A stretch of DNA of 64,000 nt from an uncultured Polyangiales bacterium (GTDB lineage Bacteria > Myxococcota_A > Polyangia > Polyangiales > JADJMO01), in contig CAZUZY010000001.1 in NCBI GenBank assembly GCA_964624885.1, positions 12,831 to 76,830 on the forward strand. Direction: 5' to 3'. Below are positions 48,093-57,116 of this stretch, in pieces. The translations under genes were made by a program, and so were the position numbers. How positions within the stretch are numbered: the first letter of the stretch is position 1; the number at the start of each line of letters is the position of its first letter. The notes below the pieces were generated by a model that saw only the letters and a program-made list of their open reading frames with translations, was not told the DNA's origin and made no database searches.

Positions 48093-49220
48093 ATGGCGCT
48101 CGCTCTCCCGTTCGACCCGACGGCCCTGCCCGGCCCCGTCCAGCGCATCGTCGGCGACAAGACCCCTCCCCCGCTGCGGATGATGGCGGCCAAGGGCGCC
48201 GCGCCGGGCCTCCGGCCCGAGCAGATCCTGCTCGTCCTCGTGATCCTCGCCCGGGCCGATCTGCCCCACGTCGAGCCCGCCGCCAAGGACGCGGCCGCGG
48301 CCACCCTCGCCGCGCTGCCCCCGCCGATCCGCGACGCCGCGCTCGCCTCGCCCGAGCTCTCCCCGCTCGCCCTCGACGTCCTCGCCGACACCGTCTCGAA
48401 CGACGTGACCCTCCTCGAGCGGGTCATCGTCCACCCCGCCCTCGCCGACGCGACCGCGCTGCGCCTCGCCAAGGAGGGCACCGAGGCGATCACCGAGCTC
48501 GTCGCCATCAACGAGGAGCGCCTGCTCGCGTGCCCCGAGATCATCGAGGCGCTCTACATGAACAAGCGCGTGCGGAGCTCGACCGCGGATCGCGTGCTCG
48601 ATCTCGCGGTGCGCAACGGCAAGACCCTGAACATCCCCACGTTCAAGGAGGCCGCCGAGGCCATCCAGGGCGAGCTCATCCTGGCCCCCGACGCGGAGCC
48701 CACGCCGGACGACATCCTGTTCGCCGAGGCCCACGCGCTGGCCGAAGCGATCGACGGCGACGTCATCAAGGAGGACGACACCGGCGAGGAGGTCGTCGAG
48801 GAGAAGGCCCTGCCCCTCGAGCAGCGCATCCGCGAGATGACCGTGTCGCAGAAGGTCCGCACGGCCACCCTCGGCACGGCGGCGGTGCGCGCGCTCCTGG
48901 TGCGCGACAAGAACAAGCTGGTCGCGGCGGCGGTCATCCGCAGCCCGCTCCTGCAGGAGAACGAGGCCGCCACGTTCGCCGCGAGCCGCGGCGTGAGCGA
49001 GGACGTGCTCCGCCTCATCGCCTCCAACGGCGAGCTCGTCAAATCGCACACCGTGAAGTTCAACCTGGTGTCCAACCCGAAGACCCCGATGGCGTACTCG
49101 CTGCGCCTCCTGCCCCACCTGCGCGGCGACGAGCTCAAGAAGCTCGCCAAGTCCAAGAACGTGCCGGGCCAGATCGCCAAGCTCGCCAAGCAGGAGCTCG
49201 AGAAGAAGGCGCCGCGCTGA
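48093..49220 (+). CDS. Hypothetical helical-repeat (HEAT/LRV-like) protein
   Basis: 375 aa, alpha-helical repeat character (e.g. NPKTPMAYSLRLLPHL). No catalytic motif. Confidence 0.65.
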   Translation: MALALPFDPTALPGPVQRIVGDKTPPPLRMMAAKGAAPGLRPEQILLVLVILARADLPHVEPAAKDAAAATLAALPPPIRDAALASPELSPLALDVLADTVSNDVTLLERVIVHPALADATALRLAKEGTEAITELVAINEERLLACPEIIEALYMNKRVRSSTADRVLDLAVRNGKTLNIPTFKEAAEAIQGELILAPDAEPTPDDILFAEAHALAEAIDGDVIKEDDTGEEVVEEKALPLEQRIREMTVSQKVRTATLGTAAVRALLVRDKNKLVAAAVIRSPLLQENEAATFAASRGVSEDVLRLIASNGELVKSHTVKFNLVSNPKTPMAYSLRLLPHLRGDELKKLAKSKNVPGQIAKLAKQELEKKAPR

Positions 49221-49223
49221 GCG

Positions 49224-50345
49224 ATGGGCGACACCGATCCGAACGTCACGCTCCCGCCGATCGAGCCGGAGCCGGAGCCGCCGACCATCGCGATCCGCCC
49301 GGGTCGGTGGTGGTTCGCCTCGCTGATCGGGGGTTGCCTCGTCTTCCTCGCCTGGCACCTGCGCAACGTCCTCACGCCGTTCCTGCTCGCGTTCCTGCTC
49401 GCGTGGGTGCTCTCGCGCCCGGTGCGCATCCTCGAGAAGGTGAAGGTCCCCCGGGCCATCGGCGCGCTCCTCGTGTTCCTGGTCGCGACCACGTTCGTCG
49501 TGTGGCTCGTGTCGTTCTGCGCGAGCTACTTCACGGCGGAGCTCGCCGAGGCCGGCCGCCATCTGCCGGCGCAGGCCGAGGCCCTGCTCAAGAAGGCCCA
49601 GCCCACCCTCAAGCAGCTGCGCATCCAGGTGCCGCACAGCACCAAGGAGCTGATGCAGCAGTACGGCCAGAGCATCAAGGACCACGCGCCCGACGTGCTG
49701 CGCTGGATCGGCACCGCCCTGTTCGGCACGCTGTCCTACGCGTTCGTCGTGCTCTCGCTGCTGATCATCCCCATCTTCGCCTACTACATCCTGGTCGACT
49801 TCGACCGCATCGTGGCCCGCGGCGGCAAGCTGGTCCCGCGCCGCCACCGGCGCCTCGTGTTCGAGACCATCGGCGAGATCGACGACATGGTCTCGGGCTA
49901 CATGCGCGGCCAGCTGCTCGCGATGATCGTGCTCTCCGCGCTCTACGCGGTGGGGCTCCAGCTGCTCGGGCTGCGGCTCGCGATCCCCATCGGGGTGCTC
50001 ACCGGGCTGCTCGCCTTCATCCCTTACCTCGGGTTCGTGATCGGCCTCCTGATCGCGGTCGCGATGGCCGCCATCGACGGCCAGAACCTGCCGTTCGTCG
50101 TGCAGGTCGCCGCGATGATGACCGGCGTGCACATCCTCGACGTGTTCGTCGTCACGCCGCGTGCCGTCGGGCGCAGCGTGGGGCTCGCCTCGATCGAGGT
50201 GCTCCTCGCCATGGCGGCCGCCGGCACCCTGTTCGGGTTCGTCGGCGTGCTGTTCGCCGTGCCCATCGGCGCCACCGTGAAGATCGTCGCGCGCCGCGCC
50301 GCCAAGGCCTATCGGGAGAGCACGTTCTACCGCCGCGCGCGCTAG
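49224..50345 (+). CDS. AI-2E family (PerM/YhhT, UPF0118) transporter
   Basis: About 8 TM helices. GYMRGQLLAMIVLSALYAVGLQLLGLRLAIPIGVLTGLLAFIPYLG is typical of the family. Confidence 0.88.
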   Translation: MGDTDPNVTLPPIEPEPEPPTIAIRPGRWWFASLIGGCLVFLAWHLRNVLTPFLLAFLLAWVLSRPVRILEKVKVPRAIGALLVFLVATTFVVWLVSFCASYFTAELAEAGRHLPAQAEALLKKAQPTLKQLRIQVPHSTKELMQQYGQSIKDHAPDVLRWIGTALFGTLSYAFVVLSLLIIPIFAYYILVDFDRIVARGGKLVPRRHRRLVFETIGEIDDMVSGYMRGQLLAMIVLSALYAVGLQLLGLRLAIPIGVLTGLLAFIPYLGFVIGLLIAVAMAAIDGQNLPFVVQVAAMMTGVHILDVFVVTPRAVGRSVGLASIEVLLAMAAAGTLFGFVGVLFAVPIGATVKIVARRAAKAYRESTFYRRAR

Positions 50346-50446
50346 CGTCGATGTGGGCGCATGTCGTCCGCTTCGACGGGTTTGCTGGTTTGCGGAACTC
50401 GACCCGAAAGACGCTCCGGTGCAAGATCCGCGACGGAGGCTCCCTC

Positions 50447-51880
50447 ATGCTCGCTCGTTCCTTGCGCTTCGGCTTCGGTGCACTGTTCGTCTGCCTCGGG
50501 CTCGGTTTCGGGTGTCAGACCAACCCGGATGGCTCCCTGAGCGTCGTCGAGCAGGGGCTCACCGGAGCCTGCTCGTTCGGCCAGCTGGGCATGCCCTGCG
50601 ACCCCGACGGCGCCGCCGGACCGCTGCAGGAGTGCGAGGGCGTCTGTCTCCTCCGCCCCGGCGGTGGGGGGCCCTTCACCACCTACAACCCGACCTGCGT
50701 CGCCATCACCGCGGCGGGCCTCTCGAACATGGATGGTCGGCTGTGCGGCTCCGCGGACAGCAGCAACTGCGGCCAGGTGTGCGCCGGGAAGTTCTGCGTC
50801 GCCAAGACCGCCGCGGCCGGCACCGCGTGTCGCCCGGCCGGCGGATTCACCAACACCGTGTGCGACGGCCAGTGCAACGCGGCCGGCGCGTGCGTCGCCC
50901 TGCTCGACGCCGAGAAGTGCAAGATCGAGCGCATCGGCGGGGCCAACACCGACTGCGTGTGGGACTTCTGCAGCGCCACCGCCTCCAAGACCTGTCAGCA
51001 GTTCGCCATCCCCAAGGGCCAGACCTGCAACGACGGCAGCGCCTGCACCAGCGGCGACACCTGCGACGGCACCGGCAAGTGCACCGGCACCGCGAAGGTG
51101 TGCCCGCCCACCGGTGACCCCTGCCTCGAGAACAAGTGCGTGGCGTCGTCGGGCGCCTGCGTGGCCTCGCCCACCACCGCGACCTGCACGTACAGCGACA
51201 AGTGCTTCGCGGGCGTCTGCGGTGGCGGCACGTGCGGCAAGGGCGCGGCGATCGACTGCGACGACAAGAACCCGTGCACCGACGACAGCTGCGACGCGAC
51301 CACCGGCTGCAAGCACACGGCGAAGGTGTGCCCGCCGGCGTCGGACGCCTGCACCGTGCCCACCTGCGATCCGAGCACCGGCGGCTGTGGCTTCGTCGCC
51401 AAGTCGTGCGACGACGGGGACGCCTGCACCGCCGACAGCTGCGACAAGACGACCGGCTGCAAGCACACGCCCATCGCGGGTTGCGTGCCCACCGACGCGG
51501 GCACGGACACGGGGCCCGTCGACACCGGCGTCGTCGACACGGGCGTCACGGACACCGGCCCGGTCGTCGACACCGGCATCGCGCCCGACACCGGCCCGAT
51601 CGTCGACACGGGCATCGGCCCCGACACGGGCATCTCCCCCGACACGGGCGCGGTGGAGGACACCGGCTCGAGCGGTGACACCGGCAGCAGCGGCAGCGAC
51701 ACGGGTTCCGCCACCGACGGTGGAGCCACCGACGGCGGTGACGACGCTGGCGACGTCGCCCCCGAGGACCTGAGCCGCGGCGGCTGCGGCTGCCGGACGC
51801 CGAACAGCGCTCCCACCTCCACCGGCGCGTTCGCCGCGCTCGGCCTGGCGGCGCTCCTCGTCGGCCGCCGTCGCCGCTAG
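50447..51880 (+). CDS. Cys-rich repeat surface protein with DTG-repeat linker and MYXO-CTERM tail
   Basis: ATG at 50447 with a GGAGG Shine-Dalgarno sequence. Signal/lipobox LGLGFGCQT. Myxobacterial Cys-rich repeats (CNDGSACTSGDTCDGTGKC, CDDKNPCTDDSCDATTGCKHT, CDDGDACTADSCDKTTGCKHT). Tail GGCGCRTPNS...LAALLVGRRRR. Confidence 0.85.
   Translation: MLARSLRFGFGALFVCLGLGFGCQTNPDGSLSVVEQGLTGACSFGQLGMPCDPDGAAGPLQECEGVCLLRPGGGGPFTTYNPTCVAITAAGLSNMDGRLCGSADSSNCGQVCAGKFCVAKTAAAGTACRPAGGFTNTVCDGQCNAAGACVALLDAEKCKIERIGGANTDCVWDFCSATASKTCQQFAIPKGQTCNDGSACTSGDTCDGTGKCTGTAKVCPPTGDPCLENKCVASSGACVASPTTATCTYSDKCFAGVCGGGTCGKGAAIDCDDKNPCTDDSCDATTGCKHTAKVCPPASDACTVPTCDPSTGGCGFVAKSCDDGDACTADSCDKTTGCKHTPIAGCVPTDAGTDTGPVDTGVVDTGVTDTGPVVDTGIAPDTGPIVDTGIGPDTGISPDTGAVEDTGSSGDTGSSGSDTGSATDGGATDGGDDAGDVAPEDLSRGGCGCRTPNSAPTSTGAFAALGLAALLVGRRRR
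51506..51706 (+). repeat. Degenerate tandem repeat encoding 12 DTG-x(2-4) units
   Basis: GACAC(C/G)GG(C/G/T) recurs 12 times with 15-21 nt period. Peptide DTGPVDTGVVDTGVTDTGPVVDTGIAPDTGPIVDTGIGPDTGISPDTGAVEDTGSSGDTGSSGSDTG. Confidence 0.8.
51776..51877 (+). other. MYXO-CTERM-type C-terminal sorting signal
   Basis: RGGCGCRTPNSAPTSTGAFAALGLAALLVGRRRR: a GGCGC motif, a hydrophobic helix and an Arg cluster at the extreme C-terminus. Confidence 0.65.
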
Positions 51881-52215
51881 CGGTCGATCCCGCGCTCCTT
51901 GCGGTACTGCTTGCACCGCGCGCTGCCGGCCTTGAACGACCGGCAGCTCGTCGGGCGTTCGTGGTAGATGGTGCACCCCACCTTCACGCCGAGACGCCCC
52001 GAGAGCGCCGCGCAGCGCTGGTGCTGGTCGAGGCGCATGTGCGGGATCAGGTCGTCGTCGAGCACCACGAGCCGCCGCACGAGCTCTGGGTTGCGCATGA
52101 TCCTGTCCCGTCGGGGCTCGATCTCGACGTAGTCGATGTACTCGAGCTCGCGGTTCTCGTCGGGGTTGCAGCAGCACGCGCCGCACGTGACACAGTCGTA
52201 GTCGACCTGACCCAT
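51877..52215 (-). CDS. YkgJ family cysteine-cluster (UPF0153) protein
   Basis: Start MGQVDYDCVTCGACCCN (CxxCxxCC motif) plus a second Cys set (RCAAL...GCTIY...CRSF...CKQY). Confidence 0.8.
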   Translation of the reverse strand: MGQVDYDCVTCGACCCNPDENRELEYIDYVEIEPRRDRIMRNPELVRRLVVLDDDLIPHMRLDQHQRCAALSGRLGVKVGCTIYHERPTSCRSFKAGSARCKQYRKERGIDR

Positions 52216-52250
52216 CGAGGCGCGGTTACACGCTACGCTGCCGACGCGCA

Positions 52251-53381
52251 ATGCCCCCTTTGTCTCGATCCCTCGCGGCGCTCCGGCCTGGTGTGTTCGC
52301 GCAGCTGCAGCAGCGCATCGACGCTCACGCGCAGAAGGGCGGCGACCTGGTCCCGCTGCAGATCGGCGACACGCACCTCTCGCCGCCCGCCGAGCTGGTC
52401 GGTGGCAGCGACGGAGCCCTCTACCGCTACGGGCCGACCGCCGGGCTCGCGCCCCTCCGCGAGGCCCTCGCCGCCGTGCTGGGCCGTCGCGGGCTCGACT
52501 ACGATCCGCGCGACGAGATCCTGGTCGGCGCCGGCGCCACCCACGCCCTCGCCTGCGTGGCCCGCGCCATCCTCTCCGAAGGCGACGAGGTGCTCCTGCT
52601 GAGCCCGTACTGGCCCCTCGCCCACGGCATCGTCAGCCAGACCGGGGCGCGCGCCGTGGAGTGCGTGGGGGTCGATTCCCTCGCCGCCGCGGTCACCGAG
52701 AAGACGCGCGCCATCTACCTCATCACGCCCAACAACCCCGACGGCACCATGCTCGGGCGCGGCGATCTCGCGCGCATCGCCGCGCTCGCCGAGGCGCACG
52801 ATCTCTGGATCCTCGCCGACGAGGTCTACGCCGACTTCGCCTTCGACGCCGAGCACGTGAGCATCGCCAGCCTGCCCCACATGCGCGCGCGCACCCTGAC
52901 CGCCTACTCGCTCAGCAAGAGCCACGCGCTCGCCGGCGCCCGGGTCGGCTACGTCGCCGCGCCGGGTGCGGTGGTCGAGCTCGCGCGCCGTGTCTCCACC
53001 CACACCGTGTTCAACGTGCCCGTGATCTCGCAGCGCGTGGCGCTCGCGGCCCTCGGCGACGACCAGTTCCTCGGCGCGGCCCGCGCGACCTATCAGGCCT
53101 CGCGGGACCGCGCCATCGCCGCGTGCGCCCGGCTGCCCGTCTCGTTCGCGCGGCCCACCGGGGGCGCCTACCTGTTCCTCGACTTCGCCGAGCGGCTGCG
53201 CGGCCGCCCACTCGCCGCGTTCCTCGAGCACGCCATCGACCACGGGGTGCTGCTCGCGCCCGGCGAGGCGTTCGGCCTCGCGTTCCCCCGCCACGCGCGC
53301 CTCTGCCACACGGCCGTGCCCGCCGCGCGCCTCGACGAGGGGCTCGCGCGCCTCGCCACGGCGCTCGAGAGCTTCGGCTAG
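52251..53381 (+). CDS. Class I/II pyridoxal-phosphate-dependent aminotransferase
   Basis: 376 aa. ITPNNPDG, ILADEVYADF and YSLSKSHALAGARVGY (PLP Lys). Confidence 0.88.
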   Translation: MPPLSRSLAALRPGVFAQLQQRIDAHAQKGGDLVPLQIGDTHLSPPAELVGGSDGALYRYGPTAGLAPLREALAAVLGRRGLDYDPRDEILVGAGATHALACVARAILSEGDEVLLLSPYWPLAHGIVSQTGARAVECVGVDSLAAAVTEKTRAIYLITPNNPDGTMLGRGDLARIAALAEAHDLWILADEVYADFAFDAEHVSIASLPHMRARTLTAYSLSKSHALAGARVGYVAAPGAVVELARRVSTHTVFNVPVISQRVALAALGDDQFLGAARATYQASRDRAIAACARLPVSFARPTGGAYLFLDFAERLRGRPLAAFLEHAIDHGVLLAPGEAFGLAFPRHARLCHTAVPAARLDEGLARLATALESFG

Positions 53382-54499
53382 CGGACCAGGTGGCTCACGA
53401 CCAGCGCCCCCACCAGGACCACGAGGGCGAGGACCACGAGGTGCCAGGCGTGGGTGGTGCGGCGCTTGCGGAGGCCCGACGCGGTGCGCTCGAGGGCCGG
53501 GTAGCGCTTCGTCGGCAGGATGTCGGGCGCGGCGAGCGCGCGCGCCCGCACCCCGGAGCTCGGCATCGGCGAGGGATGGAACGCCGCAGGCATCGCGGCG
53601 GCCGGATCGACGCCCGCCGCGATCGCGAACGCCTCGGCCATCTCGAGCGCGTCGGTGAAGCGATCGTCGGGGGCCTTGGCCAGCGCGCGCTCCATCCACG
53701 CGTCGATCGCGCCCGGCAGCTCGGGCACGTGCTCGCTCGGCGGCTTGGCCGGTTGGCCGACGATGCGGAACCCGATCTCGGGGAGGTTGGCGGTGCCGAA
53801 CGGCAGCTGGCCGGTGAGCAGCCGGTAGACCGTGGCGCCGAGCGACCAGAGATCGCTGCGCTCGTCGACCGCCTGCGCGAGCGCCTGCTCCGGGCTCATG
53901 TACGCCGGCGTCCCGACGATCGAGCCGCGGCGGGTCTCGAGCTCGCGCGACGAGGTCGGATCCTCGTCGAGCAGCTTGGCGATGCCGAAGTCCATCAGCT
54001 TCACGTGCACGTCGAGCGAGCCGTCGTCGGGCTTGGTGAGGAACACGTTGGCGGGCTTCAGGTCGCGGTGCACCACCGCGGCGGCGTGCGCGACCGAGAG
54101 CGCGCGGGCGAGCTGGGCGACGATGCGCACCACCAGCAAGAGCGGCAGCCGGCCCTCACGGCGCAGGCGGTCGGCGAGGGTCTCTCCTTCGAGCAGCTCC
54201 ATCACGAGGAACGGCCCCACCTCGTCGGACTGGCCGTAGTCCATCACCCGCGCGATGTAGCGACACGTGCCGCCGAGCCGCGCCGCGAGCCGCGCCTCGC
54301 GCACGAAGCGCGCGCGGATGTCCTCGCCCTCGAGGTCGTCGTGGATCAGCTTGAGCGCGACGTGCGTCCCGAGATCGAGGTGCGTCGCGCGCCACACCGC
54401 GCCGACCGCGCCCTCGCCGATGCGCTCGACGAGCCGATACCTCCCGGCCACGATGGTGCCGGCACGCTGACCTCGGAGGACACGCAGAGCCTCGGCCAC
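53378..54499 (-). CDS. Ser/Thr protein kinase with C-terminal membrane anchor
   Basis: GRYRLVERIGEGAVGAVW, VALK, HRDLKPANVF, DFGIAK and GTPAYMSPE. C-terminal TM WHLVVLALVVLVGALVV. Confidence 0.92.
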   Translation of the reverse strand: MAEALRVLRGQRAGTIVAGRYRLVERIGEGAVGAVWRATHLDLGTHVALKLIHDDLEGEDIRARFVREARLAARLGGTCRYIARVMDYGQSDEVGPFLVMELLEGETLADRLRREGRLPLLLVVRIVAQLARALSVAHAAAVVHRDLKPANVFLTKPDDGSLDVHVKLMDFGIAKLLDEDPTSSRELETRRGSIVGTPAYMSPEQALAQAVDERSDLWSLGATVYRLLTGQLPFGTANLPEIGFRIVGQPAKPPSEHVPELPGAIDAWMERALAKAPDDRFTDALEMAEAFAIAAGVDPAAAMPAAFHPSPMPSSGVRARALAAPDILPTKRYPALERTASGLRKRRTTHAWHLVVLALVVLVGALVVSHLVR

Positions 54500-54559
54500 T
54501 CCCTTCCAGGATGACGCATCAGCGGCGCGTTGACACCAGCGATTTCATTGTTGTTTCAG

Positions 54560-54578
54560 CGCACACCTACAGTGTGCG
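54560..54578 (-). terminator. Hairpin (7-bp stem, 5-nt loop) 3 nt downstream of the cysJ stop
   Basis: CGCACAC-CTACA-GTGTGCG. No U-tract follows on the minus strand, so it is not a canonical intrinsic terminator. Confidence 0.25.
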
Positions 54579-54581
54579 GGA

Positions 54582-56132
54582 TCAGTACACGTCCTTGCAG
54601 TAGCGACCTTCGGCGGAGAGACGATCGAGGGTCTCGCGCGACAGGATTTCGATCAGGGCCGCCTGTACGTCGGGCGCCATGCGCTTCGCGTCGCCGCAGA
54701 GATAGACGAAGGCGCCCTCCTCGACCCAGCGGCGCAGCTCGGCGGCCTGCTCGCGCATGCGGTGCTGGACGTGGACGCGTTCGGCCCCGTCGCGCGAGAA
54801 CGCGCAGTCGAGGCGGGTGAGGACGCCGCGGTCGCGCAGCGCGGTGAGCTCGTCGCCGTAGGTGAAGTCGCACGCCGCGTTGCGCGCGCCGAAGAACAGC
54901 CAGTTCTTCCCGCGCGCCCCGGTGGCCGCCCGCTCGAGAAGGAACGCGCGGAACGGGGCCACGCCCGTGCCGGGTCCGACCATGATCACCGGGAGGTCGG
55001 CCGCGGGCAGCCGGAAATGCGGCGAGGCGTGCAGGTAGACCGGGACCTTGGTCCCCTTCGGGCAGCGGTCGGCGAACATGGCCGAGGCCACGCCGGCGCG
55101 GGTGCGTCCACGGGCGGTCCAGCGCACGACGTCGATGGTGAAGTGGGCCTGATCGGGGGTGTGGCGTGGGCTGCTCGCGAGCGAGTAGGGACGCGGCGCG
55201 AGCGGGCGCAGCGCGTCGGCCAGCGCCTGGGGCGTGAGCGGCCGTCGGGCGTCCTCGAGCACGTCGAGGACGTGGCGGTCCTCGGGCAGCACCACACCGG
55301 TCGCCTCCGCGAGGCGGGGATCCACGTGGGCGAGATCGAGCCGCGTGAGCAGCGCCTCGCGCAGGGTCAGGGTGCCGACGCCCAGTCCTCCCGCGTGTGC
55401 CGCGCCGCTCACGTGCACCCTCGCGGCGCCGTCGCAGGGCGCGGCGGCGAGGATCGCGTCGACGAGGGCCGGGTCGTTGGTGGGATACACCCCGAGCGAG
55501 TCGCCGGCCTCGTAGCCGAGCCCGGTGCCCGCGAGCGAGAGCTCCACGTGGAGGGTCTCCTTCGTCGAGCTCGGACCCGACAGGCGCCGCACCGCGGTGA
55601 CCTCGGCCAGGACCGGGTTGCGGCGCGTGCCCTTGGCGGCGGGCTTCGGGGCCTCGACCGGGTCGGGCGCCGCGGCGATGCTGGGACGCTCGGCGGAGGC
55701 TCCGAGCGCGGCGAGCACGCGGTCGAGCCACGCCTTCCAGGGGACGTCGAAGTCCACGTCGCAGTCCTGGCGCTCCGTGAGGCGGGTGGCCCCGAGCTCG
55801 CCGAGTCGCCGGTCGAAGTCCTTCCCGCACTGGCAGAAGCGGTCGTAGGTCTTGTCGCCGAGCGCGCACACCGCGAACCGCAGCGCCGGGAGCGGCGGGC
55901 TCTTCTTCATGACGAACGCGTGCAGCACCTCGGCGTTGCCAGGCGGATCGCCGTTGCCGTAGGTGCTGGTGACGACCAGCACGGTGTGCAGCTGGGCGAG
56001 CGCCGCGTTGGAGAAGTCCGCCATGTCGACGGCCTTCGCCGGGTGGCCGGCCTCGTTCAGGGCCTTGGCGGTCCGCTCCGCGAGATCGGCGCAGTTGTTG
56101 GACTCGGTGCCGAAGAGGACGTGGATCTGCAT
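54582..56132 (-). CDS. cysJ: Sulfite reductase flavoprotein-like diflavin reductase (flavodoxin + FAD/NADPH domains)
   Basis: Flavodoxin start MQIHVLFGTESNNCADLA. RPYSLASSP (FAD), MVGPGTGVAPFRAF (NADPH). C-terminus GRYCKDVY. Confidence 0.88.
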   Translation of the reverse strand: MQIHVLFGTESNNCADLAERTAKALNEAGHPAKAVDMADFSNAALAQLHTVLVVTSTYGNGDPPGNAEVLHAFVMKKSPPLPALRFAVCALGDKTYDRFCQCGKDFDRRLGELGATRLTERQDCDVDFDVPWKAWLDRVLAALGASAERPSIAAAPDPVEAPKPAAKGTRRNPVLAEVTAVRRLSGPSSTKETLHVELSLAGTGLGYEAGDSLGVYPTNDPALVDAILAAAPCDGAARVHVSGAAHAGGLGVGTLTLREALLTRLDLAHVDPRLAEATGVVLPEDRHVLDVLEDARRPLTPQALADALRPLAPRPYSLASSPRHTPDQAHFTIDVVRWTARGRTRAGVASAMFADRCPKGTKVPVYLHASPHFRLPAADLPVIMVGPGTGVAPFRAFLLERAATGARGKNWLFFGARNAACDFTYGDELTALRDRGVLTRLDCAFSRDGAERVHVQHRMREQAAELRRWVEEGAFVYLCGDAKRMAPDVQAALIEILSRETLDRLSAEGRYCKDVY

Positions 56133-56150
56133 CGCCGCGAGCGGCTCATA

Positions 56151-57116
56151 TCACGTGATCAGGCCGGCGATGGAGGACGAGGGGGCGTAGCCGAGCCGCT
56201 CGACGTCCCGCGCGAAGGCGGCCAGCTGCAGCGGCAGCGGATCCCGCGTGAAATCCGCGTAGGACATGGCCTCGGCGAGGACGGCATCGCCCACCTTCAT
56301 GCGGGCGAGGCGGAGCAGCTCCCGCCCGGCCACGGCGCGCGCCGCCACGGGATCGGCGACGGCGCGGTCGATCTCGGCGCCGAGCACGGCGACCACGCCG
56401 GCCACGTCGGCGGGCCGGGTCTCGAGGAAGCCGCGCCGCACCGCGACGAGGCCGGTCGGGAACCTTCGGCCAGGCCACACCTCGCGCTCGTCCAGGAAGC
56501 GGCGCGCGCCGAGCTCACGGACGATCCGTGTGGGCCAGGGTTCGGGGAGCCACGCGCCGGCGAGGTTCCCGCGCTTCATCTCGGCGAGGATGTTGGCGGG
56601 CGCGAGCGCCTCCACGACCACGGCGCCGCCTTGATCCACGGGCCGCTGGCCGCGCTCGGCGAGCCACTTGCGCAGCGCGACGTCGGCGGTGGATCCGAGC
56701 TGCGGCGTGGCCACCACCTTGCCGCGCAGGTCGAGGGCGTCGCGGATCGCGGGCGCGGTGACGAACGAGGCGCCGCCGGAGCAGAGGCCCGAGACCACGG
56801 CGAGGGGGGCGCCCGCGTGCCGGACGTGGGTCGCGACCAGCGGCGCGGGGCCGGTGGTGCCGACGTCGATGGCGCCGCCGAGCAAGGCCTCGGTCACCCG
56901 CGGACCGGCGCGGAACACGCGCGTCTCGATGCGCAGGTGCGGCAGCGCCGCGGCGAGACGCCCGCTCTCGAGGGCGGCGAACACCGGCACGTCGCTCAGG
57001 CGGGTGATGAACCCGAGGCGCAGCACGCCCGGGATCCCCTCCTTGCGCGCGCACGCGACGGCGCTCGTCGCGAGCCCGCCGAGGCCGAGCAGGAACGCCC
57101 TCCGCTCGAGGCTCAT
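56151..57116 (-). CDS. ABC transporter substrate-binding protein, NMT1/SsuA/NrtA-like, Tat signal
   Basis: Start MSLERRAFLLGLGGLATSAVACA (twin-Arg), overlapping the cysH stop (ATGA). NitT/TauT-family SBP character. Confidence 0.82.
   Translation of the reverse strand: MSLERRAFLLGLGGLATSAVACARKEGIPGVLRLGFITRLSDVPVFAALESGRLAAALPHLRIETRVFRAGPRVTEALLGGAIDVGTTGPAPLVATHVRHAGAPLAVVSGLCSGGASFVTAPAIRDALDLRGKVVATPQLGSTADVALRKWLAERGQRPVDQGGAVVVEALAPANILAEMKRGNLAGAWLPEPWPTRIVRELGARRFLDEREVWPGRRFPTGLVAVRRGFLETRPADVAGVVAVLGAEIDRAVADPVAARAVAGRELLRLARMKVGDAVLAEAMSYADFTRDPLPLQLAAFARDVERLGYAPSSSIAGLIT

Noticed and set aside
45477-51880. Track ORFs 45477..50132(-) (1551 aa) and 46955..51880(+) (1641 aa) as giant proteins
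   Set aside because: Only their C-terminal parts (bioA-like, and the MYXO-CTERM protein from 50447) are real. The remainder is out-of-frame read-through across coaBC, the helical-repeat gene and the AI-2E transporter.
54530-54560. Plus-strand TTGACA (54530..54535) followed by a T-rich tract as a promoter
   Set aside because: There is no acceptable -10 hexamer at 16-18 nt spacing. There is also no plus-strand gene downstream, because cysJ is on the minus strand.
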